IMG/VR virus record: IMGVR_UViG_3300042387_000948
Span: 62,001-126,000 of that record
Length of the DNA: 64,000 nt
Strand: one strand, 5' to 3'
The notes under the pieces are model-generated. The model did not search any database and was not told the origin of the DNA. It worked only from the letters and a program-made list of their open reading frames with translations. The position numbers and the translations under genes were made by a program. Every line of letters begins with the position of its first letter. Positions within the stretch are counted from its first letter, which is position 1. Positions 24,138 through 35,003 of the stretch are shown here, in pieces.

Positions 24138-24784
24138 CCTTCGTAATTTTTTTGGGCTTTATCCCAATCCAAGCACTCAAAAAATGAATCTATCCACCCG
24201 CTCCTATTACTCTTATGTTTTAGGTAATACGAATGTTCCCACAAATCGCATCCTATGATTGGTATGTATTGGTTATTAGGAAACATTAAAGGATTGTCTT
24301 GATTTTGGGTTGTTATTATGGATAACTCTCCTCCATTATCCTTCACTAACCAAACCCAACCTGAACCAAATCTTTTTAGACCTTCCTCTCTAAACTTCTC
24401 TATAAAGGATTCCATACTTCCCCATTTTTTACCAATAGAAAGAGATAGATTTCCTTTGGGTGTGGTTTTATTAGGAGTCAATAACCTAAAGAAGAAATTG
24501 TGATTCCATATCCCACCCCCATTATTGCGGATTCCACTCTCATACGAACGGATATCACCTAATACTTCCTCCAGAGACCTTTGAGAAGCCGGTGTTCCAT
24601 CGATTAGAGAATTGTAGGTTTCCACATACTTCTTCAGATGCTTTGTGTGATGTTCCCTCATTGTCTCCTCATCGATGATGGGTTCTAAGGCATTATACTC
24701 GTAAGGTAGTGGTATTAAGTGTTGAGCGGAATTCTTTCCGTGTATCTCAACTAAATCCTTAAAACTCATCATTCCGCTTTCCAT
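24134..24784 (-). CDS. sod: Fe/Mn superoxide dismutase
   Basis: LPYEYNALEP, HHTKH, NNGGGIWNH, FGSGWVWL, NQD, DLWEHSYY. Confidence 0.93.
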   Translation of the reverse strand: MESGMMSFKDLVEIHGKNSAQHLIPLPYEYNALEPIIDEETMREHHTKHLKKYVETYNSLIDGTPASQRSLEEVLGDIRSYESGIRNNGGGIWNHNFFFRLLTPNKTTPKGNLSLSIGKKWGSMESFIEKFREEGLKRFGSGWVWLVKDNGGELSIITTQNQDNPLMFPNNQYIPIIGCDLWEHSYYLKHKSNRSGWIDSFFECLDWDKAQKNYEG

Positions 24785-25068
24785 TGGGTTTCCAAAGAAT
24801 TATATATGTTTTCGTATTCTTGAGCTCCTAAAGGATTGTACTCTCTAAAGGTTTCTCTCACTTTAACGTATTTACTCAACTCCATTCGGTTGTTGATTAG
24901 TTCTACGTTTTGATTGTTTACCAACGTTTGTAAGGAATCCACCTGCTTTGCGGTATGTGTCCCCTCTAATTTTGCTAATCGTTCGTTACGTTTTCCATCT
25001 TGCCACACTACGATGAACATCAATCCTGCCATTACGAACGGCATTAAGTAATCGGTTACTTTCTCCAT
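24769..25068 (-). CDS. Membrane-anchored coiled-coil protein
   Basis: N-terminal TM segment. Confidence 0.6.
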   Translation of the reverse strand: MEKVTDYLMPFVMAGLMFIVVWQDGKRNERLAKLEGTHTAKQVDSLQTLVNNQNVELINNRMELSKYVKVRETFREYNPLGAQEYENIYNSLETQWKAE

Positions 25069-25407
25069 TATCTAAAATTTTTGTAGTATTCATACATACC
25101 CATCCCAAATGCGATGAAAGAGGCATATATCTTTATCATTAATATTTTCATATACATCAACTAACCCCCCACCCAACCGAGTGGCTTTGTAGCTTGTACA
25201 TATAAATATAGTACTATCAAAAATTTTTTCCTTTCGACTCATCCCCCAAAGGGATTCGTTCGTTAATCTCCGAATAAGTTTACTGATACGAATTTCGAAC
25301 CACCTCTATCATTATTAACCCATAGTGTTAATTCACCTGTTTTAGGATTGAACATTTTCTTATTTGATGGCGTTGCTTCGTGCTGAATGGATTGTGAAAG
25401 AATCAAA

Positions 25408-25776
25408 TCATTTAGCCTTCTTAGGTCTTCCTCTTGTCTTTCTTCGAACATCTTCTTTAGGTCTATTAATGTATTCGGTTAATAATTTGATTCGATGGCA
25501 CATTTCGTATTCTTCAAACTCCAATGCCCATTCCATCAATTTACCAATCCCGTCCATTACATCTTCTTTCTTCAACTTACAATCTAATACCGTCCTACCT
25601 CTAGGTTGTATGATATTGATTCGGATAACTTCTATGGTATCCAAATTTTTGTATATTAGTTCTTCGGAAGCAGAAAGCGTTTCGGCAACCATTAAAGCAC
25701 GATTGTCCTTCATAAAACTTTCCACCTCCGAAGAGGGGATACTTAACTCCATTACCTGGCGTTCTTCATCCTCCAT
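25408..25776 (-). CDS. Hypothetical protein with UVR-like helix pair
   Basis: ALEFEEYEMCHRIK. Confidence 0.6.
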   Translation of the reverse strand: MEDEERQVMELSIPSSEVESFMKDNRALMVAETLSASEELIYKNLDTIEVIRINIIQPRGRTVLDCKLKKEDVMDGIGKLMEWALEFEEYEMCHRIKLLTEYINRPKEDVRRKTRGRPKKAK

Positions 25777-25779
25777 ATA

Positions 25780-26055
25780 TTAATAAATAGGTAATACACT
25801 TAAAATACACTCATATAAACCTTCGTTGGAATTTTGGTATGGTTTGATACCCACAATCTTCCAATTCATTTTCTCAAAGTGTAACTTACCACCAACAGTG
25901 TAGCAAGGTCCTCCTTCGAAATCAAATAGAGTTGTACTTCCATCCCTACCTTTGGATTGACGTACCATTTGTGATTCACCCATAACTCTCAACCTTTGAA
26001 AGTCCACTCTTTGAATTGAACGGTCTAAGCCGTATCTACTTTTTACAATTTCCAT
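25780..26055 (-). CDS. Hypothetical protein
   Basis: SRYG..DFEGGP phage motif. Confidence 0.65.
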   Translation of the reverse strand: MEIVKSRYGLDRSIQRVDFQRLRVMGESQMVRQSKGRDGSTTLFDFEGGPCYTVGGKLHFEKMNWKIVGIKPYQNSNEGLYECILSVLPIY

Positions 26056-26083
26056 TGTTGTTTTGGTTTGGTTAATAAATAAA

Positions 26084-26575
26084 TTAAAATAAGCGTTCTA
26101 GTCCTTTTGTTGAAGCTCGTTTAAGTTTGATTGCCATCTCACTTTTGGTCATCACTTCTTTGACCTGTTTTTTGTACCACCAATAAATATCTTCGGTTGT
26201 GCCTTTTCCTCTTTTTCTCTCCATTGCCTTCTCCCACAAATCCTTTTCAAATTCTTTCTTCAGTTCACCCTGCAACTTCCATAGGATTTTTTGCTCCTGC
26301 GAACCTGCTTCCAACATCAACTTTACGGCTTTAATTCTCTTCATTCTTCCCGCCTCCAATGCTTCGTAAATGCGGTTCTTTTCATCCGTTCCTTTATAGT
26401 TCTTATATGTTAGGTCATACGTTCGTTGTGCTTCAGCTTTGGTATCTTCAGCCTCCTTAAACATATACGAATACTCAAAGTCTCCGTTACGGATTTTAAG
26501 TAATAGAGGAGCATCTTCATTTAATGGCTTATTGGGTCTACCCTTTGTGTACCATCTATATTTGTTATATCCCAT
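26084..26575 (-). CDS. Hypothetical protein
   Basis: ORF. Confidence 0.7.
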   Translation of the reverse strand: MGYNKYRWYTKGRPNKPLNEDAPLLLKIRNGDFEYSYMFKEAEDTKAEAQRTYDLTYKNYKGTDEKNRIYEALEAGRMKRIKAVKLMLEAGSQEQKILWKLQGELKKEFEKDLWEKAMERKRGKGTTEDIYWWYKKQVKEVMTKSEMAIKLKRASTKGLERLF

Positions 26576-26958
26576 TATTGTACGATTTCAATTCTAACTG
26601 AACCATCTTCATTAAACCAACCCTTTAATCTATAAGGTCTATTATCCGCATCTGATGCCGATTCCAAGTATCCTTCGATATGTGGTGCATCACCATGTCC
26701 ATTCTTTTGATGGGTTCTGAATGATAATTGTGTTTCATAAATTTTACCATTATCAATTCCAAATTCATCATTTTCTGATTGGATTAGTTTTCGAAACCCC
26801 TTAACAACCATATGTCCAGCTGCACGTAACTCACCAACTTTACGAATGTACATATCCTGCACATTGGAATCTTTTGCTTTCAAAGACATTCGGTTTTTCC
26901 GAAGTTGTTTAACCTTGTCTTTGGAATAAGTTGCTCTACCTAAACCTTTTACTTTCAT
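26575..26958 (-). CDS. Hypothetical protein
   Basis: ORF downstream of promoter at 26988. Confidence 0.65.
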   Translation of the reverse strand: MKVKGLGRATYSKDKVKQLRKNRMSLKAKDSNVQDMYIRKVGELRAAGHMVVKGFRKLIQSENDEFGIDNGKIYETQLSFRTHQKNGHGDAPHIEGYLESASDADNRPYRLKGWFNEDGSVRIEIVQ

Positions 26959-27143
26959 CGTTTATGATTTTATGATTTTATGTTTTACAAATATACAAAA
27001 AAGATTCCGTAATTCCTACGATTTGTTTGAAATGATTTTCTTTTGAGCCTCCGTTAGCATTTTCTTAGGAGCTTCCTTTTCTTTTTGTTCTGGTAGATTG
27101 TAGTTCTTAACTAACTTCTCCATCCAATCATCTTGCTTTGCCA

Positions 27144-27809
27144 TTAACTTAAATTGTTTTTAGTGATAGCGTGCATAAACTCTTCTCTAACTAAGTTGTT
27201 CTTTTCTAAGAATGCTCCGCTGAATTTATTTGTTGTCATCATTGAATCTGGATGTTGGATACCTCTCATACCACAACATAAGTGATGCCCACTAATTGAA
27301 ACTGCCACATCATCGCACTCTAACTTATCAGTTACGAATTTGTGGATTTGTGCAGTAAGTGATTCCTGCATTTGAGGTCTACGAGAGAACCAATCTACGA
27401 TACGATTTAATTTAGATAGTCCAATCACCTTACTCTTTGGAATATAAGCAATTGCTGCGTATCCGTAAAATGGTAGGTTGTGATGTGCACACATTGAGTT
27501 TACCTTAATGCCTGTTTGGATTACAATACCATCGTAACTATCCTCATTTGGGAATGTGGTAATACAGGGTGCTTCACTCATACTACCTCTAACCAAGTCA
27601 TCAACCCAAGCCTTTGCTACCCGCTTTGGAGTATCAATCGTTTGTGGGTCTTTGGTGTAATCAAAACCCAATGCCTTTAGAAACTCACCATAGTAATGGG
27701 ATGCGTTAAACAACATCGTTTCCTTTTCTTCGGGAGTTACTATCTGATTTTCGTTTGCTTTACTTAACATTCTCATATGCTTTTGGTGATGGTAAACCAC
27801 TGTACTCAC
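27144..27809 (-). CDS. folE: GTP cyclohydrolase I
   Basis: TPKRVAK, SMCAHH, GLSKLNR, RPQMQE, HLCCGMRG; true start may be ~27770. Confidence 0.92.
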   Translation of the reverse strand: MSTVVYHHQKHMRMLSKANENQIVTPEEKETMLFNASHYYGEFLKALGFDYTKDPQTIDTPKRVAKAWVDDLVRGSMSEAPCITTFPNEDSYDGIVIQTGIKVNSMCAHHNLPFYGYAAIAYIPKSKVIGLSKLNRIVDWFSRRPQMQESLTAQIHKFVTDKLECDDVAVSISGHHLCCGMRGIQHPDSMMTTNKFSGAFLEKNNLVREEFMHAITKNNLS

Positions 27810-27966
27810 AATGTAGTTCTTCCGATTGTTGGTTATCGGTATTTAACTTCTCCTCTAATGAATTTACTTTCACCAAAGACGTAACTGCTACTCTAAATGC
27901 TACCATCGATATTCCAATGATTGAACCAACTACTAAAATAGCCAAAAAAAATACTAATATTTCCAT
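27760..27966 (-). CDS. Small membrane protein
   Basis: TM segment, CEYSGLPSP motif. Confidence 0.6.
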   Translation of the reverse strand: MEILVFFLAILVVGSIIGISMVAFRVAVTSLVKVNSLEEKLNTDNQQSEELHCEYSGLPSPKAYENVK

Positions 27967-28152
27967 GTGTTTTTATTTAGATTTATATTACATAGTTGCA
28001 CACTTCAATACTAAAAAGCATAAAGCGAATCCAACTATAAAAAGTACTAATGGTGTTTTAATTTCTTTCATAATTTTTTAATATTTTGGGTTAATAAGAA
28101 AGGTGGGAGGAATGAACCCCCCACCTGTTTGGTATGGCTAACCCCCCAACCA

Positions 28153-29343
28153 TTACCAAACAATACTTTCAGAATCATCAGTTGGTTCAGAGAATAACGC
28201 CTCATCAGCTTTATCATCCTTCACATACTTCTGAACTAATTGAGTAATATAAGTTCTTTCAGAATCCACACCACCATCCGTAGAGAAGAATGGGAAAACC
28301 GAAATCTCAGCTGCTTCGAACAAATTGAAACCATCATAAATCAACCCAGCAAACTCCACACTAGCACGAGTGGAAATCATATTAGTTAATTTACCAGTCT
28401 CACCTTTAGAAATCTCACGAGTGTGGTGAGCAATTTCAGCCACAGCTGTCAAATCTTCATCGGAAACTTCTGGATACATATACTTTAACAATCCAAATTC
28501 CTGCTCCTGATTCAGAACATCCATTTCGATGATGGTGAATCGGTCTAAGATGGCACGGTCCATAACACGCGTTGATGTATATTCAGTACCAATGTTGGCA
28601 GTAGCGATGAAAGTTACACCTTCAGCCACATTAACGATTGGAGAACCTTCCGCCTCATCCAAACGTAAGTAACGTTGGCCCTGGTCTAAAACTGTCATTA
28701 AGATATTCCAAGCATCAGGATGTGCTCTACTCAACTCATCTAATAAGATAACTGCGTTTGGAGTTTTGATTGCTTTAACGAATGCCGAGTCAGAGAAGAA
28801 TGTACCCTGCTTAGAATCAAAGTGAGTGTTACCAATTAAGGTTGCTCTAGCATCCTGCGTAGCTCCTAAGTTGAAGTAGTAATCAGGACGATTTAATCCC
28901 TTAACCAAAGCCTTAGCGGCCATAGTTTTACCACAACCAGCAGGTCCGGTCATCATAATGTTCTTCGCACGAACTGCGGAACGAATAAGGTACTTCCATT
29001 TCAAATCAGTCATTACGATTGATTCGGGCTTCAACTCCACCGATTTGTTGTGGATGAAGTTCTTAATATCTTCGTGAGTCTTTTTCACCTCAACATTAAC
29101 CTCCGCGTTAGTTTTTAACGGAGCAACTAAATTAGAGTATTCACTCATTGGTACTGAACGATAAGAGATTTTGCCTCCCTTACCAACAACCTGGCGGAGA
29201 GCTTTACCAGCTTCGTAAGCGTTCTTACGAGTTACAGTACCTACACCTAATGTACCAACCTTCTTACCGGCGGTATTAATCATTTTGAATGAGTTACCAA
29301 ATTTTTGTACTTTGAAAACAAGGGGGGATTTTTCAGATTTCAT
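28153..29343 (-). CDS. MoxR/CbbQ-type AAA+ ATPase
   Basis: GPAGCGKT, LLDELSR, ATAN, MDRAILDRF, STR. Confidence 0.9.
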   Translation of the reverse strand: MKSEKSPLVFKVQKFGNSFKMINTAGKKVGTLGVGTVTRKNAYEAGKALRQVVGKGGKISYRSVPMSEYSNLVAPLKTNAEVNVEVKKTHEDIKNFIHNKSVELKPESIVMTDLKWKYLIRSAVRAKNIMMTGPAGCGKTMAAKALVKGLNRPDYYFNLGATQDARATLIGNTHFDSKQGTFFSDSAFVKAIKTPNAVILLDELSRAHPDAWNILMTVLDQGQRYLRLDEAEGSPIVNVAEGVTFIATANIGTEYTSTRVMDRAILDRFTIIEMDVLNQEQEFGLLKYMYPEVSDEDLTAVAEIAHHTREISKGETGKLTNMISTRASVEFAGLIYDGFNLFEAAEISVFPFFSTDGGVDSERTYITQLVQKYVKDDKADEALFSEPTDDSESIVW

Positions 29344-29416
29344 AACAATTGGGGTTAAATGTGTGTTTCTTAATTATATATTAAAGATAAGTAAAATTAT
29401 TGAGAATGTCAAGCCT

Positions 29417-29665
29417 TTATCGATTTATTTTTGGATATTTTTTAACGATTGAAACAAGCTTTTTTACTCTGGTGTAAAGTGTAGAATCCAACTCTTTACG
29501 AGCTACCAAAAGTAACTCATCGTAAAGGTATCCATCGTACAAACCACATAACATATTAGTAAGATTAAAGCTAGCATCTATAAAAACTTCATTATAAATG
29601 TTTCCTACCTCACGTAGAGTTTCTACGTTCATATTAGCATGTCTATCAAATCGGATGTAACTCAT
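29417..29665 (-). CDS. Hypothetical protein (putative early)
   Basis: ORF behind conserved leader and class II promoter. Confidence 0.65.
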   Translation of the reverse strand: MSYIRFDRHANMNVETLREVGNIYNEVFIDASFNLTNMLCGLYDGYLYDELLLVARKELDSTLYTRVKKLVSIVKKYPKINR

Positions 29666-29745
29666 AAAAAAGGGGTTTTAGTGAAGTGGTACTAACTCCA
29701 GCACCACGTATTAAAGGTAAGTAAAATAAATGAGAATTACAAGCT
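29666..29745 (-). promoter_or_regulatory. Class II promoter plus conserved hairpin 5' leader (copy 2)
   Basis: Near-identical to 5295-5338. Confidence 0.7.
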
Positions 29746-29765
29746 AATCCCCATTTATTTTTTAA

Positions 29766-31922
29766 TTATTTTTCCATAAATAATCCGTTCATAGTCTTTG
29801 TTACTTCTACCACATTCGTAACGTTGATGTATTTGGCGGCTTTTCCGTAACAACTTCTAAACACTCTACCAGAAGCAGATTGCTCTCCTAAGTTGTGCTC
29901 AGCCACAAAGTAAGAAAGAACTTTGATTCCCATTCCGGCAATCTTATCTACCATCTTTTTAGTGTGGTTGGCTGCTGCCATACCAGAGTAATCCATCCCA
30001 CGTCCACCGAAGTATGGTTCACCATCTGAAATGTTTAAGAAGTAAGAATCTGAATCAGTTCCGGTTGCAACCATTTCTTTCATCAGAGCCTCAAAACACA
30101 ATCCTTCAGGAGTAGTACCTCCGGCAGTTAATGCTGGGAATAAGGTTTTAACTTTCATAAACTTATCAACACGCGAATCGTAAGCAACAACCACATAAGG
30201 AAGTTCTGAATTAGAAGTGGTACGGAATGTAACCTGAATGTTAAGGTTAGAAATCATATCCACTGCTTTACACAATGCTACTACGTTGGTCAAAGTTTTT
30301 CTCCACTTATCACCATGCATTGAACCAGACGCATCAACCGAAATATGTAGGTTAGCTTTCTTATAAGCATCAATCTCTTTAGTGAAGAAAACGTTTTCGT
30401 TTCCAAATCCTAATGAAGAAACCATTCGTTTATCCATTCTACCAACCTTTTGACGATTGAAGATTGTTTCTCTACTTTCAGAACGAGTTTGTAATCTCTT
30501 ACCTAAAACAGTACCCAAACGAATCCCTTCCTCAACTTCAGTTTGGTAAGAGTTATGTAATTTATAAGAACGTAAATCAGCATCCCACATTCTATTTGTA
30601 AGTGGGAATTCATCAGTTTCCATAAGTGCTTTAGTCATTTTCTTAACTAAGATACACTCAATACCTTTTTGAACTACACCCCAATGGTTTTTTACATCCT
30701 GCCCAACCACTTTGGTTTCAGCGCCTGATTGCTCAATGGTATCTAATGTAGATTGCTCCGTTTTAGTAACAGTTGCTTTCTTAACATTACCATCCATAAA
30801 ATCTTTTTGCTTTTGAATTTTCTTCTCAAGCATTTTCTTCTGCTTATCTGATAATTCAGTAGGAGTACCACCTTTGGATTTTGAAGTAGAACCAGAAGCA
30901 GTTGAGTTAGATTCTTTAGATTTTGATTCTGAATAAGAACCACCATTTGAACTACCTTCAGCTTCCATATCAGAACCCATCCCATCACCATCTCCATCTC
31001 CATCCATATCACCACTCATTTGGGTTTGTCCGTTCTCATCACCTTCACCTTCAGAACCTTCACCATTTGAACCACCCTGCTCTTCTCCTTCTTGTCCCTC
31101 ACCACTCTCACCTTCACCATCATCACCACTTTGTGAGTTCGATGGAGTTACATCAGGTAAAGCGTTAAGAATCAATTTGAAGATATCAACCGCAACTACC
31201 AACGCATCTTCCGTAGATTTCAAACGAGAGATGTTATTAAGGTTAGCCACCTTAGAGATTGCCGGAAGAGCTTTCAATCCGTTCAACTTTGTGTATTTGG
31301 ATTGTAAGTTAATCAAACGGAACATATAAGAATCAATAGTTTCTTCAGTAAATGATTCCGATTGGATACCTTTATCAATTAAAGGGTCATTGAAGTACTT
31401 ATCATACATAGCACGATAGTAATCTCTATAACCCGGAGCCGAATTGTAAATAAATTGGTCAATACGTCTATCTTCTACCCAATTAAGGATATCTTTGATA
31501 GTGCGAAGAAAGGTCACATCTTTTTGGTTGGACAATGTTTCCAACTCACGATAATCGGTAATCTTACTGATTTCAGCCGATAAATTTTGTAGGGCTTTGA
31601 AGTTAGATAACTTAATGTGAGAACCTTCGTGCAATGCCAAACCAACTGCCACGTCAAATTCGGCAGGGTCAGTAATTTTAGAAGAAATAGTAACCGTCTC
31701 ACCATCCGTATAAGAATCACCTTTAGTGGAGAAACGAACTGGAATGTTCTTACCAGTTACAATAGAAACGAAGTTGGAAATCGCTCTACGATTGGCTGCC
31801 AACTTATAAAGGTTTTTAGAAAGAATCTCTTTTTCAGATAAGAATTCATCTTCAAATTCAGAGGTAGTGGTGAATGGTTTCAACCACCAAGAAGAGTTTC
31901 CGTAAGAAGTGTATTTTGTCAT
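29766..31922 (-). CDS. CobT-like protein: N-terminal HExxH domain, acidic linker, C-terminal vWA
   Basis: LHEGSH, NWVEDRRI, DASGSM MIDAS, GGTTPE, ISDGEP. Confidence 0.85.
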   Translation of the reverse strand: MTKYTSYGNSSWWLKPFTTTSEFEDEFLSEKEILSKNLYKLAANRRAISNFVSIVTGKNIPVRFSTKGDSYTDGETVTISSKITDPAEFDVAVGLALHEGSHIKLSNFKALQNLSAEISKITDYRELETLSNQKDVTFLRTIKDILNWVEDRRIDQFIYNSAPGYRDYYRAMYDKYFNDPLIDKGIQSESFTEETIDSYMFRLINLQSKYTKLNGLKALPAISKVANLNNISRLKSTEDALVVAVDIFKLILNALPDVTPSNSQSGDDGEGESGEGQEGEEQGGSNGEGSEGEGDENGQTQMSGDMDGDGDGDGMGSDMEAEGSSNGGSYSESKSKESNSTASGSTSKSKGGTPTELSDKQKKMLEKKIQKQKDFMDGNVKKATVTKTEQSTLDTIEQSGAETKVVGQDVKNHWGVVQKGIECILVKKMTKALMETDEFPLTNRMWDADLRSYKLHNSYQTEVEEGIRLGTVLGKRLQTRSESRETIFNRQKVGRMDKRMVSSLGFGNENVFFTKEIDAYKKANLHISVDASGSMHGDKWRKTLTNVVALCKAVDMISNLNIQVTFRTTSNSELPYVVVAYDSRVDKFMKVKTLFPALTAGGTTPEGLCFEALMKEMVATGTDSDSYFLNISDGEPYFGGRGMDYSGMAAANHTKKMVDKIAGMGIKVLSYFVAEHNLGEQSASGRVFRSCYGKAAKYINVTNVVEVTKTMNGLFMEK

Positions 31923-32376
31923 AATGGGGTTATCTTTAAGTACATAGTAAAACTACGAAAAAAAATTGATATATACAAGCCTTTTGTGAAATATATTTTT
32001 AATATCCCAAAATCTGGCATTGTAGTAAATAAGTGTTAAGGATTTCAGCTTCCTCAATTTGCTGGTCAGTTACCGGTTGGTCATTCATAAGACAATATTG
32101 ATTTTTATTACATAGTAAAGATATGTAATTCCAATCAAAATGTCAAGCCTTTTGTGATATTTATTTTTATTCGAATTCGTTTTCGTAGTTATCCAAAGGG
32201 AAAGATGAGTCCATTTCCTCGTATAAGAAATTTAACTCCTTCACAGCCCCCTCAATTGCTCCCCAGTCTTCGAATGAAATGCCATCTTCCAACATTGCAA
32301 TAATATCGGAGATTCTTTCTGTTGTAGTCATTTTATTAGCCATTATATTTTCAATTAAATATAGGTTTTTTTTATT

Positions 32377-32787
32377 TTACTTCAACCAACCAATTTTTTG
32401 TCCTGCTTTCTTTCTACGTTCCCACTCTGCTTCCGAACCGGGAAATCTCCAAGCCCAAACTAACCAAAAGCACATAAATAACCAAATACCAATTAATGCG
32501 GCTGGTTTAGTAATAGTGAATAGTATGATTGTATAACTTACAATACAACTAATCAACATTATATACTTTACTTTTGTTGGATAAATACTCTTCTCTTCCC
32601 ATCGGATTAAATGTGGGGAGAATGTTGGGTGGGTATGTAACCACTCATTCAATGCAGGTGAACTCTTAGCGAATGCCCAAGCAGCCAATATAACGAATGT
32701 GGTCATTGGTACACCGGGAACTATTGCTCCAATGTAAGCGCAACCTACAAATAACAGGCCTAATGCCCTCCATAACCATTTTTTCAT
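32377..32787 (-). CDS. ybaN: YbaN/DUF454 family inner membrane protein
   Basis: IGAIVPGVPMTTFVILAAWAFAKSSP..WL..HPTF. Confidence 0.85.
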   Translation of the reverse strand: MKKWLWRALGLLFVGCAYIGAIVPGVPMTTFVILAAWAFAKSSPALNEWLHTHPTFSPHLIRWEEKSIYPTKVKYIMLISCIVSYTIILFTITKPAALIGIWLFMCFWLVWAWRFPGSEAEWERRKKAGQKIGWLK

Positions 32788-33155
32788 AACTACTTATTTT
32801 ACGATAAACTATCCCACTTATCCTTTCTTTGTGGTTTCTTTGAGATAGGTTTGGGCTTATTACCCATTTTACTTTTAGATGCTTTACGTTGTTGGTTTTC
32901 TTCTTCCTCCATTTCATCAAACATCATCTTTTTCAGATATGCCTTTTCATTCTTCATACTCAAAAGTATTATCTTCCTTGTCCTCTGTATTTCTTTGGTT
33001 TCTCTTCGTACTTACTATACGATTTTTTTGCTTTACCCTTTCCTCTCTTTCCGAAAGTTACTTTTTTGTTGCTGTTACCAACTGAACTTTTAGCCTTTGC
33101 CATTTGTTGTTACATTTAATATAAAATTCACAACGTAACCTATTGAAATAACTTA

Positions 33156-34010
33156 TTAAATAATATTTGCTTTTTTTAATGCTCTAGCATTTTGTACCCA
33201 TTTTTTACCAATTGAATTTTGAAGTGGTTTTCTTAGAAATCCATCTATTGATTTTTGAATATCTTGCGATATATTTGTATCAACAAACTCATCAACACCT
33301 GCTTTTTTATTCTTAAATTTAGCTTGGTATTTTTTATATTCCGTATTATCTACAATTACAAAATTACCTTTGAATAAAGATTGAAATGCTCCCAAATTAT
33401 TTTGACATGCTTTCCATATTTCAGATACCAATGATTCTGGTAAAGTTCTATCTCTGGTTTTGTTTCTTTCTTGCGCTATTTGTAATGATGTGTTTACAAA
33501 TACCATATAGCAATCATATCCTAAAGATTCAGCGTGTTCTTTTTTCTTTTTGATTTTAGAAAGTTCATCACCTGTTCCATCAATAATCATACCCAATCTA
33601 CCGGCTTCATAAAAAGCTTGTTGTTGTTTGGTTATGTTCTTTGCCTGATTACGAATTGAATTTGGATTTGTTTCACCGGCAATAGTGTTCCATAAATCAG
33701 ATTGTTGGTCTATTTTTCCTAAATCTTTTGGATTGATGCCATTCTTTGCTAATGCTGCTTCAAATGCCGAATCTGAATTTACAATCTTTAAACCACCTGA
33801 AGATACAGATGCTAATGTTTTTTTACCAACACCGAATATCTCCTTTGCTATATAAGATTTACCACTACCCGGCCCACCTGCCATAAATACACATTTAAGA
33901 ATACCAGGGTCATCAACACCTTCGGTAATCATATCAATGTAAAGTTGTTTTTTGATTTCTTTCAGTTCTTTATCTAACTGTAAAATCTCCTCATTCAAAC
34001 TTTTCTTCAT
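33156..34010 (-). CDS. P-loop kinase (zeta-toxin/AAA_33-like)
   Basis: AGGPGSGKS, VNSD, IDGTG, RN..RDR. Confidence 0.8.
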   Translation of the reverse strand: MKKSLNEEILQLDKELKEIKKQLYIDMITEGVDDPGILKCVFMAGGPGSGKSYIAKEIFGVGKKTLASVSSGGLKIVNSDSAFEAALAKNGINPKDLGKIDQQSDLWNTIAGETNPNSIRNQAKNITKQQQAFYEAGRLGMIIDGTGDELSKIKKKKEHAESLGYDCYMVFVNTSLQIAQERNKTRDRTLPESLVSEIWKACQNNLGAFQSLFKGNFVIVDNTEYKKYQAKFKNKKAGVDEFVDTNISQDIQKSIDGFLRKPLQNSIGKKWVQNARALKKANII

Positions 34011-34118
34011 TATTTCTTTTTCTTCTTCTTTACTACTATTGTTTTTTTAGCTTCCTTAATTGTAGGATTGCTATTTAGTAACATTTTGACGAATAAAATA
34101 AGTTTATCGAACATTCTA

Positions 34119-34424
34119 TTATTGTTTAGTAGATGGCTTTCTACCTTTGCGTACCGGAGATTTTCCTTTAGCTGCATCAGTTACATCCTTTACTTGCTTC
34201 ACAACTTCTTTTGCTGCGGTAACTACATCTGCAACTTCTTCTTTAACTCTTTTAGCTCTTGCTTTTGTTTCTTTTACTACTTCCTTAACTTCCTCTACTT
34301 TTTCTTCGATTACATCTGGAATTCCATTTCCATCTACATCTTTGATTTTGCCTGATTTAGTTAGGAAATATGTAACCAATGCTGCTACTAATATAATCCC
34401 AACTACGATAATTAATCCTGTCAT
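34119..34424 (-). CDS. Membrane-anchored protein
   Basis: N-terminal TM, DVDGNGIPD, K/E-rich helix. Confidence 0.7.
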   Translation of the reverse strand: MTGLIIVVGIILVAALVTYFLTKSGKIKDVDGNGIPDVIEEKVEEVKEVVKETKARAKRVKEEVADVVTAAKEVVKQVKDVTDAAKGKSPVRKGRKPSTKQ

Positions 34425-34474
34425 AATTGTTTTTTGTTTTGTTAAATATAAATATAATTGTTTTTGTTTTTACA

Positions 34475-34732
34475 CTATTCCTCACCATATAGGGAGTACT
34501 TTGTTACTGGTTTTTCAACCCTAACTTCTTGCGTTCTAATAATCTCAACTGTCCCTTTTCTCGCATCCAAAAAGAATTGCGTTTCTCCATTGTTTTGGAA
34601 ATGATATTCTAATGCATCCGTTAGGGATTCCAAAGTAATAGATGGTGAACCAACGGGAGACCATCTATCCCCCGGCGGTACACGCTTTAATACTACTTCT
34701 TTGGTTTCTTCTATTTTAGTTTCAACCGCCAT
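34475..34732 (-). CDS. Hypothetical protein
   Basis: RVPPGDRW motif. Confidence 0.7.
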   Translation of the reverse strand: MAVETKIEETKEVVLKRVPPGDRWSPVGSPSITLESLTDALEYHFQNNGETQFFLDARKGTVEIIRTQEVRVEKPVTKYSLYGEE

Positions 34733-34944
34733 TATTCAATAACTCTAATGATTCTACTTTCTTTTGCTCCACTTACTTTGTACTCAATTTGTACACCCGC
34801 TTCAGTAAAGTCTTCAACAACTCTTGCTTCTGCTTCAGTAACGGATTGTGCATCTACTAAATAGATTTCTTTGTTTTTCTTTTCTTTGCCATTCTTTTGC
34901 ATGGCAACTACAACTTCTACTGTTACTTCAAAAAATTTGCTCAT
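34732..34944 (-). CDS. DUF4494-like protein (Bacteroidota-type)
   Basis: NGKEKK..EIYLVDAQSVTEAEAR. Confidence 0.75.
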   Translation of the reverse strand: MSKFFEVTVEVVVAMQKNGKEKKNKEIYLVDAQSVTEAEARVVEDFTEAGVQIEYKVSGAKESRIIRVIE

Positions 34945-35003
34945 ATTGATTTATTTTAGTTTATAATGTTACAAATATACGAATAATATTTTAGATTTCC
35001 AAA

